This document shows positions 58,029 through 64,000 of a DNA stretch of 64,000 nt, piece after piece (position 1 is the first letter of the stretch; each line of letters begins with the position of its first letter). Under the pieces are notes generated by a model. It had not been told where the DNA came from and made no database searches. It was given only the letters and a program-made list of their open reading frames with translations. The translations under genes and the position numbers were made by a program. The stretch lies in assembly GCA_963830285.1 (NCBI GenBank), contig CAWHLU010000003.1, positions 79,416 to 143,415 on the forward strand. The letters run 5' to 3'. The DNA comes from an uncultured Acidobacteriaceae bacterium. GTDB taxonomy: Bacteria > Acidobacteriota > Terriglobia > Terriglobales > Acidobacteriaceae.

Positions 58029-59156
58029 TTATTTCTTCAGCCCCAGCGCCTCCACGACTGCCGCATCCACCTTCGCCGGCTGTCCGTCCTGCTTCCACAC
58101 CACGCCGAACCCGCCGCGATAGTCCCACATCGTCCAACCAATGCCGTCCGCTTCGAGCGCCGTGCGCACATCGCGAATCCAGTTCATGCGCGAGATCGGA
58201 TCGGTGTGCTCGCGGTAGGCGCCGAATTCGTTTGAGATCAGCGGAACATGATGCGCGTTGCCCCACGCGGCCGCCGCGTCTATTTGCAGGCGAATGCGAT
58301 GCGCATCCCAGTGATCGAGCCAGTAGTGCTCCAGCGCGTAGCGATTCGCCGCATCCGGAACCTCGGCAAGAGATTTCTGCATGCTGTCTTCGGTCGCCGG
58401 ATAGGGAATATCGTGCGTGTAGATCCACCACGTGCCGCCCCAGCCGGCGCCCTGGTGGGTAAACTCGTGCGGCTCGTAGAAGTGAAAGTTGTAAATCACG
58501 TTGCCGTCGGGCAGAGGATGCTGCGTTAACAGGTCCGCAATCGATGAGTAGTTGGGCCCGGTGGCAATGATGGTGTTCCGCGGAGCAGCGTCGCGAATTG
58601 CCTCCGCCGCACGCGCCTGCACTCCTGCCCAATGATACGGATCGCGGTCTTCCGGCTCATTCATGATCTCGTAAAAGATCAGGTCAGGATTGCGATCGGC
58701 ATAATGCGCGGCCAGTTTGCGCCACAGCATCACAAATCGATCGACGCCATCACTCGTCGTGCTGACGCTCTTTTTGTAGTCGCTCTCAGGATGGATATCG
58801 ATCTGCACAGCCATGCCCTTCGCCACCATCTCGTCGACGGAATGATCGAGACGGCCCAGGAAGCCCGTACTATCCCGGCCGAATAATGCTCTCGCAAGCG
58901 GCGCCGCATCGATGCTGAGCCTTACATTGTCGAATCCGAGCTGCGCCATGAGCGCAATATCTCCGTCATCGGTATAACTATTCGTCTGCGCGGCAGAATA
59001 GTTGCCGGTTTGCGCAAACCACTCCGACGCATTAATGCCGTGGCGCAGATGTTGCGCGCGGGCGAAAGCGGTCTTGACATCAGCGCTGTGGTCTTGAGTG
59101 AAGGCGGGCAATGCAACAACAAGCAAGGCAAACAACAAACCAGAACGAAGCGGCAC
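58029..59156 (-). CDS. Glycoside hydrolase family 5 (cellulase-like)
   Basis: GFDNVRL, IDIH, EIMNEP, FHFYEP, NEFG, GWTMW; signal peptide. Confidence 0.92.
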   Translation of the reverse strand: MPLRSGLLFALLVVALPAFTQDHSADVKTAFARAQHLRHGINASEWFAQTGNYSAAQTNSYTDDGDIALMAQLGFDNVRLSIDAAPLARALFGRDSTGFLGRLDHSVDEMVAKGMAVQIDIHPESDYKKSVSTTSDGVDRFVMLWRKLAAHYADRNPDLIFYEIMNEPEDRDPYHWAGVQARAAEAIRDAAPRNTIIATGPNYSSIADLLTQHPLPDGNVIYNFHFYEPHEFTHQGAGWGGTWWIYTHDIPYPATEDSMQKSLAEVPDAANRYALEHYWLDHWDAHRIRLQIDAAAAWGNAHHVPLISNEFGAYREHTDPISRMNWIRDVRTALEADGIGWTMWDYRGGFGVVWKQDGQPAKVDAAVVEALGLKK

Positions 59157-59254
59157 AGTTCAACTCCCAAATTGAATGGTAGAAATCCAACAGCTAACCT
59201 TACTACGTCCGCCCCAGAGCCTCATGCGCAGCCACCGCGAGCGTGCGCAAACAA

Positions 59255-59279
59255 AAACGGCTCCGTTAGGAGCCGCTTG
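59255..59279 (-). terminator. Rho-independent terminator of the M23 gene
   Basis: CGGCTCC-TAAC-GGAGCCG followed by TTTTTGTTT on the minus strand. Confidence 0.75.
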
Positions 59280-59299
59280 TAAATCTCAGATCGCGACGA

Positions 59300-60274
59300 T
59301 TATTTGCTCGCGATGCGGGTTGAGGTGTCGTTGGCGAGGGCCTGCTCGTACGTGTTCCGCAGATACTTGTGCGGATTGACGGGAACCTTGTGGATGCGCA
59401 CTTCATAGTGAAGGTGCGGCCCGGTGGCGCGGCCTGACTGGCCCACGTATCCGATGACTTGCCCGCGCATCACATGCTGGCCGGGCACAACGGAGACAGC
59501 CGAGAGATGCCCGTAGAGCGTGATCAGATCGTGGCCGTGATCGAGAACCACCTGCCGGCCGTAACCGGCGCCCATATTCTCATTCAGCACGTCGCCCTCG
59601 CCCGCGGCGCGCACCACTGTTCCGTAAGGCGCTTCGATATCGATGCCCGGATGGAAAGCTCCTTCACCGTTGATCGGATCTTCACGCTGACCGAAACTCG
59701 ATCCGATGCGGCCTTCGACGGGCCAGATGGAGGGCGCATCGGCAAACTGCGTCCAGTCGCCTGTGAAACCGGGAGCAAGACCGCCCTGGAGCGCGCGCGT
59801 TGCCTGGCCGGACATGGCCTGGTCACGCAATGCATAAAACTGCTCGAAGGTCATCTTCACATCCTGCGCGCTGACGTCGTCTTTTACCGCAAGGGTCGGA
59901 GGCGTGGGCGCTGCCGCAGCATTCGCGGCCGAAGCCTTCGCAGGAATCACCTTGTGCTGGCGCAGGCCGTAGAGAGCCGTCACTTCGCTGGCGAGCGCAC
60001 CGAGAGAGGCCACCTGCACATCGCGATCGTGCGCAACCTGGGCAAGCTGCTTGTAGTCTTTGCGCAAATTCTGGTTGTCTTGCCTGACCTGGTTGAAGCG
60101 TTCGGTCTTGAGCAGCATGCGGGTGTACGAGCCGGCCAGTCCAACGATCGTGAACGCGCCCACCAGTGCGGCGGCGACAAATCCGTACACATAGCGCAGA
60201 GGAAGCGGAATCTTCCTTACCCGGCCATCTTCATCTCTGGCAACAAAAAGTATGTAATAGCGCTTTCGCAGCAT
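59300..60274 (-). CDS. M23 family metallopeptidase
   Basis: HPGIDI, YGHL, TGPHLHYEV; N-terminal TM and coiled coil. Confidence 0.93.
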   Translation of the reverse strand: MLRKRYYILFVARDEDGRVRKIPLPLRYVYGFVAAALVGAFTIVGLAGSYTRMLLKTERFNQVRQDNQNLRKDYKQLAQVAHDRDVQVASLGALASEVTALYGLRQHKVIPAKASAANAAAAPTPPTLAVKDDVSAQDVKMTFEQFYALRDQAMSGQATRALQGGLAPGFTGDWTQFADAPSIWPVEGRIGSSFGQREDPINGEGAFHPGIDIEAPYGTVVRAAGEGDVLNENMGAGYGRQVVLDHGHDLITLYGHLSAVSVVPGQHVMRGQVIGYVGQSGRATGPHLHYEVRIHKVPVNPHKYLRNTYEQALANDTSTRIASK

Positions 60275-60413
60275 AATCCTGCTTTCACATCCACAAATTC
60301 GCAAGGTGCTACTTGCCGCGTAGTCAGTAAATCACCACGAATGCAGGTGCCGGGGGAGCCCCGCCCTATCGCTGTGCGCCCCTGACGGAGCGCCTATGGT
60401 TGAACGTTCGTAC

Positions 60414-60443
60414 AGCCTAGCAGCGCCCACCGCGTGGGGTCAA
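60414..60443 (-). promoter_or_regulatory. Putative sigma70 promoter TTGACC-N18-TAGGCT
   Basis: Hexamers with extended TG, 140 nt upstream of the M23 gene. Confidence 0.5.
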
Positions 60444-60559
60444 CAAATTGACGCGGAATTCGGGCTTCAAATTCGATTTAGGTCTAACTTCATACCGGCC
60501 ATAAGTAACAACGGCTCTTAATCCGCCACATTTGGGCGGCTTGCCCTATTCTCAGTAAG

Positions 60560-61588
60560 ATGCGAGGCAAACAAGGCGAGTTGATCGGAAAAGGCGCCCG
60601 GGGTGAGTTGGCGCTGCTTGAGCGGATTCGCCGGCAGGCAAACCGCCGGGCAACGGGCAGATTGCGCCTTGGAATCGGCGACGATTGCGCACTTCTGCGG
60701 CTCAAACCAGGCGAAGAACTAGCTGTAACCACCGATTTATCGATCGCCGGGCGGCATTTTCGCCAGGAATGGCATCCCCCGGAAGCCGTCGGACACCGTA
60801 CCCTGGCCCGCGGCCTAAGCGATATTGCAGCCATGGGAGCGCGGCCTGTAGCTGCCTTTCTTTCCTTGGGTTTGCCCCGCGAACTGACCGTGGCTCGCGG
60901 TCGCCGCCAAGCTTGGGTCGACCGCTTTCTCACGAGCTTTCTGGCCCTCGCCGATGCCCATCAAACTCCGCTTGCGGGCGGCGACCTGGCCGAGTCGCCG
61001 GTGGCCGTTGCCGACATCGTGCTCCTGGGTGCTGTGCCGCGGAGAAGAGCTTTGCTGCGCTCCGGAGCGCGGCCCGGCGATCTCCTCTATATCACCGGGA
61101 CCCTTGGCGGCGCCGCAGCCGGACTCGCACTCCTGGGTAAACGCGGAGCGGTTTCGCCCTGGGCCGTGCGCGACCCGATTGCAGAGAATCCGCTATCGCC
61201 GCACCTGTGGCCGCAACCGCGCATCGCACAGGGCCTGTGGCTGCGCCGCAACCGCGCAGTGACAGCCGCGATCGACCTGAGCGATGGCTTGTCGACCGAC
61301 CTCAATCACCTTTGCGAGGAATCCGGTGTCTCTGCCGTCATCGACGCCGCCGCTTTGCCGCTCCATCCGGGCGCGACACTGCAGCAGGCTTTGCATGGAG
61401 GAGAGGACTACGAACTTTTGTTCACAGCCCGCCCGAATGCCGCGCTTCCCCGACGCATCGCCGGCGTCGCTGTCACGCGGATTGGAACGATCACAAAGAA
61501 GCGCAGCGAACAGCCTCCAGTCTTTCTGATCGGCGAATCCGGCCTTCGCCGGCCCCTGCTTCCCGGCGGCTGGCAGCATTTTTCCTGA
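60560..61588 (+). CDS. thiL: Thiamine-monophosphate kinase
   Basis: GIGDDCA, TTD, LSDIAAMGA, GGD, RSGARPGD, DLSDGL, GGEDYELLFT. Confidence 0.95.
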   Translation: MRGKQGELIGKGARGELALLERIRRQANRRATGRLRLGIGDDCALLRLKPGEELAVTTDLSIAGRHFRQEWHPPEAVGHRTLARGLSDIAAMGARPVAAFLSLGLPRELTVARGRRQAWVDRFLTSFLALADAHQTPLAGGDLAESPVAVADIVLLGAVPRRRALLRSGARPGDLLYITGTLGGAAAGLALLGKRGAVSPWAVRDPIAENPLSPHLWPQPRIAQGLWLRRNRAVTAAIDLSDGLSTDLNHLCEESGVSAVIDAAALPLHPGATLQQALHGGEDYELLFTARPNAALPRRIAGVAVTRIGTITKKRSEQPPVFLIGESGLRRPLLPGGWQHFS

Positions 61589-61663
61589 GGGCTATCCGCG
61601 CCGGCACGAGCCTTCTTAATCACTAACCTTCTTTGAGATAGCAGAATATGATCGAGAGTGATT

Positions 61664-63199
61664 ATGGAGAGCGGAACCATACGCGTGCGCTTTGCGCCTT
61701 CCCCGACTGGCCTTCTGCATGTCGGCAATGCGCGAACCGCCCTTTTCAACTGGATGTTCGCCAGGCGAATGGGGGGAAAGTTCGTTCTTCGCATCGAAGA
61801 CACGGACCTCGAGCGCTCCAAATCGGCCTATGAGAAAAAACTGATCGAGGATCTCGTATGGCTTGGCCTCACATGGGACGAAGGCCCCAACGAGAATGAT
61901 CCCGGCGAGATCGGCGAGTTCGGCCCGTATCGCCAATCGAAACGGTTCGAGATCTATACCTCGCACACCGCACAGTTGCTGGCCGAGGGCAAGGCTTACC
62001 GTTGTTTCTGTACGCCCGAAGAACTGGACGAGGAACGCCGGCGCGCCATTGACGAAAATCGGCCGCAGGTCTACAGCGGAAAATGCAGCAAGCTCTCCAA
62101 ACAGGTGGTCAAGGAGAGTCTGCTCCGGGGCAAAACCTATGCAGTGCGCCTCAAGATTCCCGACCATCCCATACGGTTCCACGACATTGTCCGCGGCGAC
62201 CTCGAGTTTGCCGCGGACACAATCGGCGATCCGATCCTGGTGCGTTCGGCCAAGGGCGGAACGGCGGGAGCGAGCCCCGGGGTGCCCGTCTACAACTACG
62301 TGGTTACGGTCGACGACGCGCTCATGGGCATCACTCACGTGATTCGCGGCGACGATCATATCTCCAACACTCCGAAGCAGGTGGCAATTTACGAAGCCTT
62401 GGGCTGGAAAGTGCCGCAGTTTGCGCATCTTTCCACTATCCTGGGACCCGATCGCGAGCGGCTCTCGAAACGGCATGGCGCCACGTCGATGTCGAGCTTT
62501 CGCGAAATGGGCTACCTGCCCGAAGCAATGGTCAGCTATCTTTCGATTCTCGGCTGGGGTGCGGAGGATGATAAGACGGAAATCCTCACCGCAGCTCAGC
62601 TGGTCCAGGCTTTTTCTCTGGAGCGGGTCATCGCAAGCCCGGCGATCTTCGACTATGAAAAGCTTAACTCGATGAACCGGCACTACATGAAACAGGCGCC
62701 GCCGGGGCGCCTCGCCGCGCTCTGCTGGGACTTCTTCGGCGGCCTGCTCCCCGAGAAGGAGGAAGCTTCAGACGCCGTGCTCGTCTGGTTCTTCCACGTA
62801 ATCGGCCTGTTTGTTCCGTCGGTCAGCCACCTTGACGAGATACCGGCGAAGGCGGCTTTCATCTTCCACATGGATCCGAATCTGGCCCGGGCCGACCAGG
62901 AGAATGCCGCGATACTTGCGGCCGGTTCGGCGCAGACCGTGCTGAACGAGCTCGCGAACCATGTGCGCGCTCACGCCGGCCCGATTTCGGCCTCGGACTT
63001 CTCCGGATGGATGGACGAAATCAAGGAAGCAAGCGGTGTCCAGGACAACGAGCTCTTTGATCCAATCCGGATCGCCTTGACCGGTACTCACTCCGGACCC
63101 GACTTCGACAAGCTGATTCCCCTCATCGAGCAGGGTGTGGAACTAAATCTGGGCATCCCCAGCGTACGTCAGCGCCTCGATGCCTTCGTCGGGGTTTGA
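61664..63199 (+). CDS. gltX: Glutamate--tRNA ligase (possibly a second paralog)
   Basis: RFAPSPTGLLHVGN, LRIEDTD, CFC...YSGKC, THVIRGDDH, RLSKR, PIRIALTG. Confidence 0.93.
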   Translation: MESGTIRVRFAPSPTGLLHVGNARTALFNWMFARRMGGKFVLRIEDTDLERSKSAYEKKLIEDLVWLGLTWDEGPNENDPGEIGEFGPYRQSKRFEIYTSHTAQLLAEGKAYRCFCTPEELDEERRRAIDENRPQVYSGKCSKLSKQVVKESLLRGKTYAVRLKIPDHPIRFHDIVRGDLEFAADTIGDPILVRSAKGGTAGASPGVPVYNYVVTVDDALMGITHVIRGDDHISNTPKQVAIYEALGWKVPQFAHLSTILGPDRERLSKRHGATSMSSFREMGYLPEAMVSYLSILGWGAEDDKTEILTAAQLVQAFSLERVIASPAIFDYEKLNSMNRHYMKQAPPGRLAALCWDFFGGLLPEKEEASDAVLVWFFHVIGLFVPSVSHLDEIPAKAAFIFHMDPNLARADQENAAILAAGSAQTVLNELANHVRAHAGPISASDFSGWMDEIKEASGVQDNELFDPIRIALTGTHSGPDFDKLIPLIEQGVELNLGIPSVRQRLDAFVGV

Positions 63200-63205
63200 G
63201 CGGCG

Positions 63206-63685
63206 GTGAATGACGTCTTCTGGATCAACGACACGGGCCTGGCGATTGTTTTGCGTCCACGTGGCGACGACTGGCTCCCGGACGATCTCAGCCGTCTGAA
63301 GCGTGCAGGGATTCACATATTGGTTTCAACTTTAGAGGGCTGGGAGACGAGGGAACTCGGCCTCTCCGCTGAAGCCTCCCTGTGGGAAGAACTCGGATTG
63401 CAGTTCCTCTCCTTTCCAATCAGAGATCGAACCACTCCCACAAATAGGGAAGAATTCGATGATTTTGTGCGTTCCCTCGCAAAGCGATTGCACGCTGGAG
63501 AAAAAATCGGCATCCACTGCCGCGGGTGCATCGGAAGATCTACCGTTGTAACCGCCTGCACGCTGATTGAACTCGGGTGGCCAGCCGAAGGCGCTTTGCG
63601 GGCGATCGAGGCTTCTCGAGGCTGTTCGGTCCCGGATACAGAAGCACAGAGAGAATGGATTATTGCGTTTGGAGCGGCGGAATGA
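63206..63685 (+). CDS. Dual-specificity/tyrosine phosphatase family protein
   Basis: HCRGCIGRS (Cx5R), FPIRD, VPDTEAQ. Confidence 0.88.
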   Translation: MNDVFWINDTGLAIVLRPRGDDWLPDDLSRLKRAGIHILVSTLEGWETRELGLSAEASLWEELGLQFLSFPIRDRTTPTNREEFDDFVRSLAKRLHAGEKIGIHCRGCIGRSTVVTACTLIELGWPAEGALRAIEASRGCSVPDTEAQREWIIAFGAAE

Positions 63686-64000
63686 GCGCTCCAATTCTTG
63701 ACTTCACCTTCCCCTGCACGTGGAGAGCTGAGATCCTGTCCGAGCGCCCGATGATTTTGCCGCCACTTCACTTCGTCTATCCCCGCAACGTGGAAGAAGT
63801 GGAACGCGGAGCGCTTGAGGTGCTGGTGCGGACGCATGAACCCGGCGCATCGCCATTTCTCGCAACCTGTGCCCTGGGGTTTCGCGATCCTGTGGTTCCC
63901 ACCGGCGTCTGGTCTCCGCCGAATCCGCAGGAGATGTGCGCCGTTGCAGGCGGATATGCCTACATCATCGATACAGCAGCGCCGGATCGCTTCACCATGG
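63682..64000 (+). CDS. Hypothetical protein, runs off the window end
   Basis: ATG overlaps the phosphatase TGA; open frame MSAPILDFTFPCTWRAEIL...AGGYAYIIDT. Confidence 0.7.
   Translation, partial: MSAPILDFTFPCTWRAEILSERPMILPPLHFVYPRNVEEVERGALEVLVRTHEPGASPFLATCALGFRDPVVPTGVWSPPNPQEMCAVAGGYAYIIDTAAPDRFTM

Noticed and set aside
60275-60410. Riboswitch in the ~130-nt M23 leader
   Set aside because: GC-rich stems are present, but no recognisable aptamer consensus or terminator.

Overview
GC-rich bacterial chromosome segment, most likely Acidobacteriota (Terriglobia/Acidobacteriaceae-like). This is inferred from a TIGR03435-type gene, acidobacterial VWA-like proteins and a Cys-rich N-terminal insertion in RpoB. 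The core is the transcription/translation cluster on the minus strand: trnT(TGT)-trnY-orf-trnT(GGT)-trnG-orf-tuf-rpmG-trnW-secE-nusG-rplK, a ~9.2 kb interruption, then rplA-rplJ-rplL-rpoB-rpoC. Flanking genes include gatB, fabD, ddl, arginase, peptidases, a diguanylate cyclase, a tetraheme cytochrome c, a CsgG-like protein, a Ser/Thr kinase, TonB, a TPR-CHAT protein, GH5, M23, thiL and gltX. About 15 single-base frameshifts (gatB, fabD, tuf and others) look like sequencing indels, not biology. The most striking unexplained structure is a family of 14 intergenic elements built from 7-bp tandem repeats. Twelve are inverted pairs of arms around unique 17-121 nt loops and two are solo arms. They occupy almost every junction of the tRNA-tuf-rplK and rplA-rpoC operons, and the 13 that lie within operons start within ~10 nt of the upstream stop codon or tRNA CCA. 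Other notable items are the rplK/rplA split with a dedicated rplA promoter and an apparently circularly permuted L1-binding site, a tandem ~58-nt motif separated by a terminator-like hairpin, and an orphan LysW-like carrier lacking EDWGE. No database searches or folding programs were run; all calls are by eye.
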